From: Chiloscyllium plagiosum
Taxonomy: Eukaryota
Direction: 5' to 3'
Assembly (NCBI RefSeq): GCF_004010195.1
Contig: NC_057737.1
Span: forward strand, 35,652,866 to 35,716,865
DNA length: 64,000 nucleotides
Under the pieces are notes generated by a model. The model was given only the letters and a program-made list of their open reading frames with translations. It did no database searches and had not been told where the DNA came from. Shown piece by piece: positions 12,775-26,328 of this stretch (the stretch's first letter is position 1; every line of letters begins with the position of its first letter). Made by a program: the position numbers and the translations under genes.

Positions 12775-14610
12775 ATTCTCTCATGGGGCATATATGTTGA
12801 TGGCTGGCCAGCATTTACTGCCCGTGTGTAGTTGTTCTTGAGAAGGTAATGTTGAGCTGTCTTCTTGAACTGCTGCAATTCATTTCTGTTGGTTGAACCA
12901 CAATGCCATTAGGGAAGAAATTCCAGGATTTTAACCCAGTGACAGTGAAGGAATAGCGATGTATTTCCAAGTCAGGATGGTGAGTGACTTGGAGAGGAAC
13001 TGGCAGGTGATGCTGTTCCCATGTATCTGTTGCCTTTGTAATTCTGGATGGAAATGGTTGTGGGTTTGGAAGGTGCTGTCTGATGACCTTGGGTAAATTT
13101 CTGCAGTGCATTTGTTGCTGAGCATTGCTGGTGGAGGTTGTAGATGATTAGCATGACATCCACAATCAAGCAGGCTACTTTGTCCTGGATGGTGTCAAGT
13201 TTCTGAGTGTTGTTGGAGCAACACACATCCAGGCAAAGTGGGGAGTATTCCACCATAGTCTTGACAAATGGGTCTGGGTGGTTTACTCTTCAGGAGGTCA
13301 GTGTGGATTGTTGGGCCTTATGGTCTATTTAGATGCTGTAGGGATTCTATGATTCTATGTAGATGGTAAACAGGCTTTGGGGTGTCAGGAGGTGAGTTAC
13401 TCTCTGCAGTATTCCTTGCCCTTGACCTGCTCTTGCAGTCACTGTATTTATATGTAACAAGTCCAGTTGAGTTTCTGGTCAATGGGAACCAGACGTTGAT
13501 AATAGGGGATTCAGTAATGGTAATACCATGGAATGTCAATAAGCAGTGGTTAGATTGTCTTTTATTGGAGGTGGCCATTGTCTGGTATGTGAGGTGTGAA
13601 TGTTACTTGCCACTGATCAGCCCAAGCCTGGATATTGCCTGCATTTTTTGCATTTGAACATGGACTACTTCAGTATCTGAGGAGTTACAAATGGTGCTGA
13701 AGACTGTGCAATTGTTGATGAACATCCCCACTTTTGACCTTGTGATGAAGGGAAGATCTTTGAGGCATCTCAAGATGGTTAGGCCTAGGCCACTACCCTG
13801 AGGAACTCCTACAAAGATGTTGTGGAGCTGAGATGACTGACTTCCAACAAATGCAACCACCTTCCTTTGTGTCAGGAATGACCCGAACCAATTAAGAGTT
13901 TTCCCTTGTTTCCTATTGATTCGGTTTTGCTGAGGCTTTTGATACCATATTTGGTTGAATGTAGCCTTGATATCCAGGGCTGTCACTCTCACCTCACCTC
14001 TGGAATTCAGCTCTTTTATCCATATTTGATCCAAGATTGTAATGAAGTTAGGAGCTGAGTGGCCCTGGCAGAACCCAAAGTTGGTTTCGGTGACTGTTTG
14101 CGTGGAGTTTGCATATTCTCCCCATGTCTGTGTGGTTTCCTCTGGGTGCTCTAGTTTCCTTCCATAATCCAAAGATGTACAGGTTAGGTGAATTGACCAT
14201 GCTAGGTTGCCCATAGTGTTCAGGAATGTGTAGGTTAGGTGCATGAGTTAGGGGTATATGTAGAGTAATAGGGTAGGGGAATGGGTCTGGTGGTTTACTC
14301 TTTGGGGGAGGTCAGTGTGGACTTGTTGGGCCTAATGGCCTGACACTGTAAGGTTCTATGATTCAATGAGCTGATTATTGCTGCGCACTTGCTGCTTGAT
14401 GGCATCCTTCATCACTTTTACTGATGTTTCAGAGTAGACTTATAGGGTAACAATTAGCCAGGTTGGATTTGTCCTGCTGTTCTTGTACAGGACATAACTG
14501 GGCAATTTTCCACATTGTTGGGGGGGATGCCAGTATTGTAGCTGTACTGGAACAGCTTGGCTATGGGTGTGGCAAATTCTGCAACACAAATCTTCAATAC
14601 TATTGCCATA
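12775..14610 (-). mobile_element. Decayed CR1/L2-group LINE with nested HE1-like SINE (about 14087-14363)
   Basis: RT motifs FGFCQGHSA...VRVTALDIKATF..W...GVPQGSGLG in ORF 13603-14244, and MVEYSPL...QKLDTIQDK downstream. Confidence 0.8.
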
Positions 14611-15803
14611 TTTAAATGACCTGTGAGCCTAGATTGTCCAGTCTGCTTAGACCTCCACTTTGTCGAGCTTTATCTAGCATCTTGCCATTTATCTTTTTTA
14701 GGGCAAAAATGGAAGATCTCACATTTGCCTATATTGAAATCTCTTTGTCGATTCATTGAATATATTAATATTGCTCTTTAATACAATATTTTCTGTCATT
14801 GGCAAATATGGATATATGGCTGTGTATCTTATCAACAAAGTTGTTACTGAATGCAATGAAACATTTTTTTTTGTTTTAGAGCGTGCAAGTGATTTATTTA
14901 AGTGTGTGGCACACGTTAATTTTTTTGCCTGGCAAGTTTGAAGGCAAATGTTATGTGCGGCTGTGTAGAAACATTTAGGTTGCTGCATGTCTGCATATCT
15001 TGCAGGGAACACTGCAATAGTCAGTTCCTACAAACTATTAATCCAGTTCTCCATCTCCTTTCGTTAAGGCAATTTCCTTAATAGGTCAACAATTTGCCTT
15101 CAATTCCATGAGTTCAGACTTTGGCTAATGGCCTCTTAGGAGGGACTTTATGAATGACTTCTAAAATCCATATGAATAACATCTATCAATATTCTCTTGT
15201 CATTTAATTCATTCAGCTCTTCAAAAAATTTGATCTGATTTGTTAAACATGACTAACCTTTACAGATCTATGCTTGTTTTTTGTGATCAACTAAAATGCT
15301 CACATTATTTACTCACCTTGTTCTTAACCTTTAGACTGCATAAATTTTACCACGCAGAAATTAAGGTAACTGGCCTTTAATGCCCTAGTTTACTTTTCTC
15401 CCCTTTCTTAAGTAGCAGAGGGCGATGCATGATTTTCCAATCTAAAGGAATAATGTCTGAACCAAAACAACTTTGGAAGCTCATAATTAGGACTTCCACA
15501 ATGTTCTCATCTACATTGTTTAAAGCCCTGGAATAGAAATGAACCTGGTCTGGGGTATTACAGCTTTATTGCCATTACTTTCTTCGTTACTGTTACCTTG
15601 AATATGGTAATTTTGTTCAATTCTTGTTGCTGATTCAGTAATAGTTATGTTAGGATGTTTAATATGCCGACCTCTTTGCTGCAAGTACTATTAAGATGGA
15701 ATTATTCAGTTTGCCTGCATTTCCTTATCATTGATAATATCACTATTAATTGTTTTCGAGGAGCCCATAATGTTTTGGGTTTTTTTTCCTCTAATTCAAA
15801 GTA

Positions 15804-17658
15804 CCATGACTAGGGTAGGAATAGGTCCAGTCAAGGATAGTAGTGGGAAGTTGCGTGTGGAGGCGGAAGAGATTGGGGAGACACTGAATGAATACTTTTC
15901 TTCAGTATTTACTCAGGAACAGGGCATTGTCGTCGATGTGAATACTGAGACACAAATAAGTAGAATGGATGGCTTTGAGGTATGAAGTCGCGTGTGGAGG
16001 CGGAAGAGATTGGGGAGACACTGAATGAATACTTTTCTTCAGTATTTACTCAGGAACAGGGCATTGTCGTCGATGTGAATACTGAGACACAAATAAGTAG
16101 AATGGATGGCTTTGAGGTATGTAGAGAAGAGGTGTTGGAAATCCTGGAAAAGGTGAAAATAGATAAGTCCCCTGGGCCTGATGGCATTTATCCTAGGATT
16201 CTCTGGGAAGCAAGGGAGGAGATTGCAGAGCCATTCGCCTTGATTTTTATGTCCTCTTTGTCTACAGGAGTAGTGCCAGAAGACTGGAGGATAGCAAATG
16301 TGGTTCCCTTGTTCAAAAAGGGGAGTAGGGATAACCCTAGTAACTATAGGCCGGTGAGTCTCACTTCCGTTGTGGGCAAAGTCTTAGAGAGAATTGTAAG
16401 GGATAGGATTTATGCACATCTGGATAGGAATAATGAGATCAAGGATAGTCAGCATGGTTTTGTGAAGGGCAAGTCATGCCTCACAAACCTTATTGAATTC
16501 TTTGAAAAGGTGACGAAGGAGGTTAATGAGGGGAAAGCGGTAGATGTGGTATATATGGATTTTAGTAAGGCGTTCGATAAGGTTCCCCATGGTAGGCTAC
16601 TGCAGAAAATACGGAGATATGGCATTGAGGGTGAGTTGGAGGTTTGGATTAGAAATGGGCTGGATGGAAGAAGACAGAGGGTAGTAGTTGATGGCAAAGT
16701 TTCTTCATGGAGTGCCGTCACTAGCGGTGTTCCGCAAGGATCTGTTTTAGGACCATTGCTGTTTGTCATTTNNNNNNNNNNNNNNNNNNNNNNNNNNNNN
16801 CCCATCCAGATGCCTTTTAAATGTTGTAATTGTACCAGCCTCCACCACTTCCTCTGGCAGCTCATTCCATACACGCACCACCCTCTGCATGAAAAAGTTG
16901 CTCCTTTGCAGATGGGGTACTGGGCTAATAGATGGGGTACTGGGCTAATGGTCGGATACTTGGTAGTGTGGATGAGCAGAGGGATCTTGGTGTCCATGTA
17001 CACAGATCTCTGAAAGTTGCCACCCAGGTAAATAGTGCGGTGAGGAAGGCATATGGCGTACTGGCTTTTATTGTTAGAGGAATTGAGTTCCGGAGTCCTG
17101 AGGTCATGATGCAGTTGTATAAGACTCTGGTGCGGCCGCATCTGGAATATTGTGTGCAGTTTTGGTCACCATACTTTCGGAAGGATGTGGAGGCACTGGA
17201 ACGGGTGCAGAGGAGGTTTACCAGGATGTTGCCTGGTATGGAAGGAAGATCGTATGAGGAAAGACTGAGACACTTGGGGCTGTTTTCATTAGAGAAAAGA
17301 AGGTTTAGGGGTGACTTGATTGAGGTGTACAAGATGATTAGGGGGTTAGATAGGGTTGACAGTGTGAACCTTTTCCCGCGTATGGAGTCGGGTATTACCA
17401 GGGGGCATAGCTTTAAATTAAGGGGGGGTAGATATAGGACTGATGTTAGGGGTAGGTTCTTCACTCAGCGGGTCGTAAGTTCATGGAATGCCCTGCCAGT
17501 AGCAGTGGTGGACTCTCCCTCTTTATGGGCATTTAAGCGGGCATTGGATAGGTATATGGAGGATAGTGGGTTAGTATAGGTTAGGTGGGCTTGGATTGGC
17601 GCAACATCGAGGGCCAAAGGGCCTGTACTGCTCTGTATTCTTCTATGTTCTATGTTCT
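15804..17658 (+). mobile_element. Young 5'-truncated CR1 LINE (RT and C-terminal region) spanning an assembly gap
   Basis: Open frames KSPGPDGIYPRIL...YRPVSLTSVVGKVLE...QHGF...YMDFSKAFDKVPH...GVPQGSVLGPLLF and LVRPHLEYCVQFWSP; (TTCTATG)n tail; flanking AAAGTA direct repeat at 15798-15803 and 17659-17664. Confidence 0.92.
16772..16800. other. Assembly gap (29 N)
   Basis: Run of N. Confidence 1.
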
Positions 17659-19443
17659 AAAGTATTTTATGTTGGTTTTAATATTCCTTGCACGTTTTGT
17701 TTTATATCCCCTTTTCGAAATTCTTAATGTTGGTTTTGTCACCCTTTGCTTTGTAAATTTACCACTCATCATAATCGATGCATTTTCATTTGCACTTCTA
17801 TGTACTTTTTTTATCTTAGTCTTATGGTCTTTCCGAGAACATATTGATTTTGGAAACTATCCCAGTTATACTCCAGAAACGTACTACTTTCTTGGCACAT
17901 ACTAGTTTGCTTTTATAAGAAAAGTTAAAATGCTTGAATGTATATTTCTTTGCAATATACATTCAAATCATTGAGACATCTGCCATACTGTTATAAGGTC
18001 CGCAACAATCCCGTCAATACTTACGATCTTCCCAACATAGATGTCCCCTTAATTATTTAATGCTCTACAGCTACTACATTACGCTTCTTCTTTACCTCCT
18101 CCTCCATCCTCGCTGGTTAGAATTCTGACTTTTTTCTGACAAGTCTTTTATCCTCATTCTCACATGGAACAAGTGCATTGTACTCCTTGGATATGATCAC
18201 TTTTTCTGTTTCCTGATTTCTAATTCAACTAGATTCCCTTACTCTATATGCTATCAACAACATCAACACCAGCATGTACCTGTACCTTTTAAGAGGTGGG
18301 ACTGAAGTTTGGAGAAAACTATCCCTAAATTCTGTGTTGAAATGTCTGCAATTCACACAGCAGTTTAGTGAGCTGGACAGATTTGAGACCGATTCACCTA
18401 CTGGAAATGTGTTCACTTGAAGCAGTCTTGCTATCTACAAATTTCCACATTCTGCAATGCAAATACACAATCTACCATATGTAATGCATAGCATTTATAT
18501 TATTCATAACTACTGTGTGTTTATAATCTAAGTTATTGTTTTATTGCTTCAGAGAAATTAACCTATAGCAGAGAAGGAAGCTGTTTAGCCCATTGTGTCT
18601 GTACTAATTCTTTGAAAGCTCAGTCATGACTCGTCCCACTGCCTTGCTGTTTGTCTGTAAATTTGTATGTTTTCCAAATATATCTGAAATCAGTTTCCGT
18701 CAGTTTTTTTCTGGCACAATGTTCCATATTCCAGCAATTCAGCTCTTGAGTAGAGAGACAAATCGTCATCTTTTCTATAAATAATTTAATCATGATAATG
18801 AATTCATGACTTCTATTTATCAAGCAACTTGCTGGAAAAACTAGTTTTGCTTTACCTGCTTTGTTAAAAGCCTGACCTCTTGAAAACCTCTGATGTCACC
18901 TTTTTCATGTATCTGCCCAAGGGGGACAGTACTGTATTAGCATTTTCAACCTCTCTTCAGAACTGAAGTCCTTCATCATTGATAACATCCTGATAAACTT
19001 TATTTGTACTCTTTTTCTAATGCCTTTACATTATTACAAGCATCCACACTTCTTTAGCTGAGGCCTGAACAGTATTTTCTAACGTTCTAAACTAATCTGT
19101 GTTTTTATGCTTTAATCCTTTATTTATAAATCCCAGTAGCCTGTATGCTTTTCAATTACCTTATCAAGTTGTCCTGCCAATATGTCAGAATTGATGTATT
19201 TTAACACCAAGGTCTCTCTGCTCAACTATACTGTTCACAAATGGGTCAATATTCTGTAGTGTCTTTCCATATTTATTATCTGTGTGCATTGCTTTATATG
19301 CCTTCATTTTGAACTCATTTCATTCTAAGTCATTCTGCAGTCTATTAACTATCCTTGTCGTAATATACTTTAGCAAATAATATATAAACTTAATGCTGCT
19401 CCCTGTATCAGAATCGAGGTAATTTATATAGATTGAGCAGGAG

Positions 19444-19479
19444 AATCGACGTTTCGGGCATGAGCCCTTCTTCAGGAAT
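19444..19479 (-). ncRNA. Minimal hammerhead-ribozyme-like motif in a Penelope-derived fragment
   Basis: Minus strand ATTC-CTGAAGA-A-GGGC-TCAT-GCCC-GAA-ACGT-C-GATT: CUGANGA and GAAA core, 4-bp stem II, palindromic ACGU stem III, GUC triplet; stem I is weak. Confidence 0.6.
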
Positions 19480-21030
19480 GAGGAAAGTGTGTCCAGCAGG
19501 CTAAGATAAAAGTTAGGGAGGAGGGACTTGGGGGACAAAGCTTTTCACTGTGCCTCGGTGCATGTGACAATAAATTCAATTCAATTCAAAATTAGTAATC
19601 TCCAAGACTGAAATAATGTGACCAATACCTCCACTTTTTTTTTGCTTCTTTTTACAACCTAGCACACACTCCATCTGGATCAAGAGACAAATCAATTTCC
19701 AGTCATTCAAATTTTTTTGTCATATCTTTTCTATTTATTATTACCTATTCATAATTTCCTGCTAATAAAAATATAAAAAGCTGGAAAATCTTATCAGGTC
19801 TGGCAGCATCTGTGGGGAGAAAGAAGAGTTGATGTTTCAAATCCAAAGTGACCCTTCTTCAGAACCATTGAACCAGCATCTGCAGTTCTTTTGGTTTTTC
19901 ATAATTTTCCACTTTTTCTTTTTGAGTTCACCACCACAACAACCACTCCTTTGTGAAAGTACGTGAAAAGCATGTACTTAATACTTTTACAATGCTACTT
20001 GACTCTACGTGAAGACTTTCTTTTGGTCTCTAATAACTGCTTTTACTTTCTATGACATTTTTGGAAACAAACCCAAATTTTAAAAGAGACAAGCTCTCTA
20101 ATGAGGCATGTGTCTCTTTTTATACACTTAACATATTTGAACAGGATTTTTTTTTAATGACATACCTTCATGGCAGCGGAACCTGAACTCAGATGTTCTG
20201 GTCTAGAGAGACATTACAACTGTGCCATAGACCCCTATAAAGTAATAGTTCAGGCAATTGAATTCCTCATCCAGTAACATTACCACTATGATGCTGGTCC
20301 TGTAAATGGCTACTTGATGCTCTATTTTAAATGTAACCAGCGCAGACCTGCTTTGACACACCTTTTGGGGCAGGTAGGACTTGAACTTTCAGACCCACAG
20401 GTATGGATACACCACCTCGGGATCCTTACAAAGTTTTCGATCTTTGGATTACTAGTCCAGTAACAATACTATTATGATTCAATTTCTATAAATGACTGCT
20501 TCATACTTTTTAAATAAACATTTAACTAAAATCAATTAAACCTAATTAAAAGTTAACAGCCCTCTAAAGGGACACTATAAGAAAAATCAAATGCTCAAAG
20601 CAAATTTAAAATGTAAATTTCAATGTAATTACGGGTCAAGATTATGCACTCCAGCCCCTGCGGTTCTTACAATTTATATCTTAATAGAATGTTTTATGGT
20701 TCAATTTAATTTTGCTTGCTAATCTTTTCTCATAATGCTTTTGCCTCCCTTATAAACGTTTCATTTCTCTTCTGTACTTTCCATGATGTTTCTGGTTAAT
20801 AATTGAATTTTGCTCCTTACAGTTGTAGAAGTCTCCTATTTCTATTTCATTTCGATTTTTGTTTCTTTTTATCGTCAGAACGGACGAACTGTGGATGCTG
20901 TACCTTCTCCTTTCAAAGGAATATGCATGGCTTTTACTTGGACTAGCTTTCCCTGACCATTTTCCATTGTCCTGGAATAATAGAGAAAGATAAAGAGAAG
21001 GGAGACACACACTAATATGGATTAATATTA

Positions 21031-22056
21031 CAGAACAACCTTGGTTATCTGAACATAGATTATCTGAATTTCAGATTATCCAAACAATTGAATTGAATTG
21101 AATTGAATTTATTATCACATGTCACACTGAGGCATGGTGAAAAGCTTTGTCTTGCGTGAAATACAGGCAGCTCACAGAGGCTTAGCAATACTTATTCTCC
21201 GCGAGGACAAAGGGTTGTGAATGTGAACACACAAGAGCAACATATGTGCAAGCCCAAGCTGTGCGCTGTAACAACAAGATTCCCCCTCAACATTGACTCG
21301 CTCTGTTTTGAAAACCCAACAATTTTTTTCCTCAGCTCATTCTCTAGAGAGTTAAATCAAAAAATGCACTCGCACTTTTAGTTTCCATTGTTTTTTCCTC
21401 CCGTTATCCCATGATGACTCTTTTTTTTTCCAAACAAAAAATAGTTCAATATCTTTCAGCTGACAAGAAAATTTAATGTAACCTTTTTTTTGATGGGGAG
21501 AGCAAATCGTAGTGAGTTAGCTCACGTGAAAATAATCACGAGGAAAACTTGATGGGACGAAACACAAGGAAAACATTACTGCCCCCTCTAAAAAACATTA
21601 ATGAGAGATGGAAGCTGAAGTCAGCGAAAAAACTTTCCCTCTCTCTCCTGTATTTCCCTCTCTCTTGTATTTTGCACCTGTCTCTCTCTCAAAGTTCTCG
21701 GCGATCGCTATGGAGCGAGGGACAACACTTGGTTAGTCTGGGCAGTGGAATGACACAACAGAAATATGCGGCTGGTGTTGAGGACTGGGATAAAACTGAG
21801 GAAAATATCAGCGAAAGCTTTCATAGACTTCAGTCACACTCTAGTCAAAATATGATTTTATTTGTAAATTATCATGAATTTTTAACCCAATATCCAGTGT
21901 TTGTATACATTTTATTGATTGAAAGAATTAAAAATCTGTAAACATGCTTTTTTACGTATTTATGTTCAATATGGCTTCCTTTGTTCGGATAACTGATCTG
22001 TTCGTAAGCAATCAGTTAACCAAACAAAATACTCCCTGCCCGTTGAGGTTGTTCTG
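21031..22056. mobile_element. Non-autonomous Tc1/mariner (pogo/Tigger-like) DNA element
   Basis: Terminal inverted repeats CAGAACAACCT (21031, preceded by TA) and AGGTTGTTCTG (ending at 22056); subterminal TTATCTGAA/TTCGGATAA repeats; no transposase ORF. Confidence 0.6.
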
Positions 22057-22371
22057 TTTCATGTTAAACGGAAATAATTTGCTCATTGATCCTGGAAATA
22101 ATCCTATTTAGGTGTGTGTGTGTGTGCGCTGTTGCATTGTTGGAAGTATATGTTAAGCTTAAAACAATGAGAAGGAGGTGGAGAAATGCTGAAAATTTCA
22201 AAGGTATTTAACAAAAATAGGGTGGTAATATTCAAAAGTTTATTTATCATAATGTAAAGCGAGGAAAATATAACATTAAAATAGCGAAGAAGAATTTTTG
22301 CAATCAATGACTTTAATCCGACAAGAAACGAAGTGGAGTAAGTGGTATAAGAGGTCATCTGCCCAATGATG

Positions 22372-22716
22372 GACAAGATAATCAAAGGGTTAGTTAGGGT
22401 GGACAGGGAGAGCCTTTTTCCAAGTATGGGGACGGCAAATACAAGGGGACACAACTTTAAAGTGAGGGGAGATAGGTATAAGACAGATGTCAGAGGTAGT
22501 TTCTTTACTCAGAGAGTAGTAAGGGTATGGAATGCTTTGCCTGCATTGGTAGTAGATTCGCCAAGTTTAAGTGCATTTAAGTCATTATTGGACAGGCAAA
22601 TGGATGTACATAGAATAGTGGCGTGGATGGGCTTCAGATTAGTATGACAGGGCGGCGCAACATCGAGGGCCGGAGGGGCTGTACTGCGCTGTAATGTTCT
22701 GTATTCTATATGTTCA
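22372..22716 (+). mobile_element. CR1 3' fragment, same subfamily as 15804-17658
   Basis: KIIKGLVRVDRESLFP...RGSFFTQRVVRVWNALP and the shared 3' UTR GGCGCAACATCGAGGGCC. Confidence 0.85.
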
Positions 22717-23656
22717 ATATAATTCCTTTTAAAACAACTATGGAAATAGACCAGAAGACTTTGAATTTGAAAAATATTCACAGCTAATTTGAGAGATATG
22801 AGGAGATGGGTACAGGTGAATTAGTAAAGATGATTCCAGGGTAAAACAAGAATATGAAAAATCCCTCTGACCTTGATTAAACCAGGTCTCTGTTCATGCA
22901 ACCACATCATAATCCCAGTTACCAATTTGTGCCAAATATCACGCTTATTAATGAGACTGATTTCTTTAATTCCAATGCAGCATAAAATATCAATTTTCAA
23001 TTTGAGTATATTGCAGGTTAATTTTGAAAAGTTATATAAAGGATATTAAGTGTTATGGTCTTGAAGCAATTTGGCACCATATACATTACTTCTCTTGGGG
23101 TTGTCCATGGCAAACTGGAAGCTAGACCACTAATCACTTGTTACAGCGAAATCATGTTTTTGTTTGACCCTTTAAGGTAGCATGACATAATTGCTGTAAA
23201 TATATAGTGAAGTAAGGTCAATAAGAATTGAATTGATTTTTGTTTTGGCAGATTGCCAGTAGTCGTAAATTTCTGGCTCTTGGTCAGTTTGTAAACTTCC
23301 TTCAGCAACTACAGTCAACATGAGCGTGATGTGACTAGCATGTTTTCTTTTGTACATATTTTAATATACTTATATTTTAATATACATACAATTTGTTGAT
23401 ATTTTACCCAATGTGACAGATTCTGACAATGTGCATCAGTTAATAGAAATTTTAAACCTGAGAACTTAAGTTTTTATGACAGAAGCTTTTTGTGACTATT
23501 GTGATTACTGCCGTGCGCTGTTTACATTTCTAACAGTCACCAGCGAAGACTGTATCTTTATTAGTCTGTGTAGATTCGCATGACATTTATTTGAACTTTA
23601 AATCTCAAGTCTTCTAAAAATTCAGCTCATTGACAGTGAACTCTGAATTACCACAG

Positions 23657-23732
23657 GGAGAAGAAATGGGTGACGGTGGGTGATACATCATTGCGGATCT
23701 TTAAATGGGTACCAGTGACTGACCCTAAAGAG
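23657..23732 (+). CDS. BCL7B: BCL7B coding exon 2
   Basis: cag|G GAG AAG...: (W)[25 protein letters not shown]; donor gtgggt; 76 nt; phase matches exon 1. Confidence 0.97.
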
Positions 23733-24545
23733 GTGGGTAGAGATGAAAAATTACACCCTCATATTTCATGCTTATTCAGTTAAATTGTATTTTTTTTCTT
23801 GTCTGTAATGTAATATCATGGATTTGGTCCTACAACACAAAACAGCCTGACTTTAAACTATGTACCAGATATTGATGTTGGAGCTATATTACATTGTTGA
23901 TGTAAGGAAGTTTTAATTTGATAAGCAGAAAAATGTTCAATTTTTTAATAGAAAAATTGCAAACCAAAGAGTAAGTTGCACTAAGTTGTTTTATCACAAC
24001 TCCTGGGTTAGAGGAAGGAAAATATTTCACCATGTAAGTATAACTGATATTGCCAACCAATAAGTTTTCCCTTTCTTCTGTTTATAAACTGTTGGGAAAG
24101 TGTGAAATTTGCCCTGATAAGTGCAAGATGTAGCTTTGAAAGCATTTCTCTTTGTTCAGCAATATTGCAGTTCAGATCAATCAGGCTTCTCTCAGTATTT
24201 TCTCAAGATCAGTCATGATAACACACCCTGTCTGTTCCACTTAAAACAAAAACAGAGTACAATCAGACAAAGTCAACATGGTTTTGTTAAAGGGAATTAT
24301 GAGTAATAAATTTATTAGATTTTTTTGAGAATGTAACAAGCTTTGGCAAAAAGTGCTTGGTGATTCCAGCAGTCACTTAAGAAACAAATGCTGTAATTGA
24401 TAATTGACAGTCAATTAACTTTTTGATTTTTCTCCTTCTTTCCAAAGGATATCCGAGCTCCCCGAATGACTCAATTGGTAGGTTTTGTTTTTATTTATTT
24501 TTTCACAAAACATGGCTGGTTCAGCATTTATTGTCCAACCCACGT

Positions 24546-25362
24546 AGAGTCATAGAGATATACAGCATGGAAACAAACCCTTCGGTCCAACTCATCCATG
24601 CCGACCAGATATCCCAACCTAACCTTGTCCCATTTGCCAGCACTTGGCCCATATCCCTCTAAACTCTTCCTATTCATCTACCCATCCAGATGCCTTTTAA
24701 ATGCTGTAATTGTACCAGCAAAAACCACTTCCTCTGGCAGCTCATTCCATACATTAACTGCCCTCTGCCTGAAAAAGTTGCCCCTTAGGTCCCTCTCACC
24801 CTAAACCTATGCCCTCTAGTTCTGGACTCTCTCATCCCAGGGAAAAGTCTATTTATCCTATCTACGTCCCTCAAGATTTTATAAACCTCTGAGGTTGCCC
24901 CTCAGCCTTCTATGCTCCAGGGAAAACAGCATCAGCCTGTTCAACCTCTCCCTATAGCTCAAATCCCCCAACCCTGGCAACATCCTTGTAAATCTTTTCT
25001 GAATCCTTTCAAATTTCACAACATCCATCCAATAGGAAACAGACCAGAATTGCATGCAATATTCCAAAAGTGGCCTAACCAACGTCCTGTACAGCCGCAA
25101 CATGTCCTCCCAACTCCTATACTCAATGCTCTTACCAATAAAGGAAAGCATACCAAACGCTGCCTTCCCTATCCTATCTACCTGCGACTTTACTTTCAAG
25201 GAGCTATGAACCTGAACTCCAAGATCTCTTTGTTCAGCAACACTACCTAGGACCTTACCATTCGGTGTATAAGTCCTGCTAAGATTTGCTTTCCCAAAAT
25301 GCAGCACTTTGTATTTATCTAAATTAAACTTCATCTGCCACTCCTCAGCCCATTGGCCCACT
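24546..25362 (-). mobile_element. CR1 3' fragment nested in an older LINE (about 24500-25870)
   Basis: QWAEEWQMKFNLDKYKVLHFG...LVRPLLEYCMQFWS...; the flanks continue the same LINE family seen at 12775-13700. Confidence 0.85.
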
Positions 25363-26328
25363 TGAGAAAGGATGGTGGTAAAGCACCGTCTTGAAATGCT
25401 ACAGTCCATGTGCTGTAGGTACATGCACAGCGCAGTTAAGAAGCGACTTCCAGGACCTTTTCAATAGTGAAGGAACAGCAATATATTTCCAAGTCAGGTT
25501 GGTGTGTGTCTTGGGAGGGGAGCTTGCAGATGGTGGTTCTCCCTTGTCCTTTTAGATGACAGACATTGCAGGTTTGGAAGGTATGATTGAAGTAGCCTGG
25601 GTGAGTTGCAGCAATGAGTAGATGTCTTGTAGATGACATTCACTGCTGCAGTGGTTGTAAAGGGAGTAAACATTGAAGGTTATTCTTGGAGTGCTAGTCA
25701 TGCAAGCAGTTTGTCCTGGATGATGTCAAGCTGCTTAGATTTTGTGGAATTGGCATTGGTCATTACCTGACAATTGTGTGGCTTGAATATTGCTTTCCAC
25801 TTATTAGACCAGGTCTGGATGTTGTTCAGATCTTTCTTATCTGGATATGAACAACTTCAGTATCTGAGGAGTGCTGTGATCCCAAGTGATGTTATTATTG
25901 GATAGGTCAGATCCCAAAATGAAAACTGGCTTGATGAATTTTTAATTTAATTTAATGTGGTGGTCTTTTACTCAGACATAAGCACCCTGAATCATAGATT
26001 TAACAGTAAAATTCATTGTACAAAAGAAATAAAAATAAAATAAACCGAGCTATCTGCATATGATTTGAAAAATATCAAAACATATACTGAAACAAATCCC
26101 ATCTACACCCCAACACAAAACTTCATAGTCACTAAAAAAAAAGGTAAATATCCATTCTGTATCAGACCTGTAGGTTTGAATTAACTGCTTCTTCCTTTGA
26201 CATTTACAGCTGAGATCTTGGACTTGCTCAGCTTTGAATAGCCAGTTCATGTTCCAACCAAATATTCCTAAACTGGAATTTTCACAGACTACTGTGTCAC
26301 TGAGATAAATTATTTCCTTCACTGCACT

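Larger units (their letters stand above)
15020..18480 (-). mobile_element. Ancient CR1 remnant (ORF1 and ORF2 traces), host of the young CR1 insertion
   Basis: 18240-18470 reads like a degenerate CR1 ORF1 N-terminus (C..MWKFVDS...); 18020-18190 reads RNVVAVEH*IIKGT, resembling the CR1 ORF1 esterase motif VVIGDSIIRGT; 15020-15800 resembles degenerate CR1 RT. Confidence 0.5.

Noticed and set aside
14719-15012. 97-aa Cys/His-containing minus-strand ORF
   Set aside because: GTG start, no recognisable family, and sandwiched between LINE remnants; cannot be supported as a gene.
15982-17579. Long RT ORFs as a domesticated or host gene
   Set aside because: Ordinary 5'-truncated CR1 with 3' microsatellite tail and TSD; it lacks ORF1 and the endonuclease domain.
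18020-18470. Apparent minus-strand exons with AG and GTAAGT signals, suggesting a nested gene
   Set aside because: The translations contain stops and resemble decayed CR1 ORF1 (zinc-finger-like and esterase motifs).
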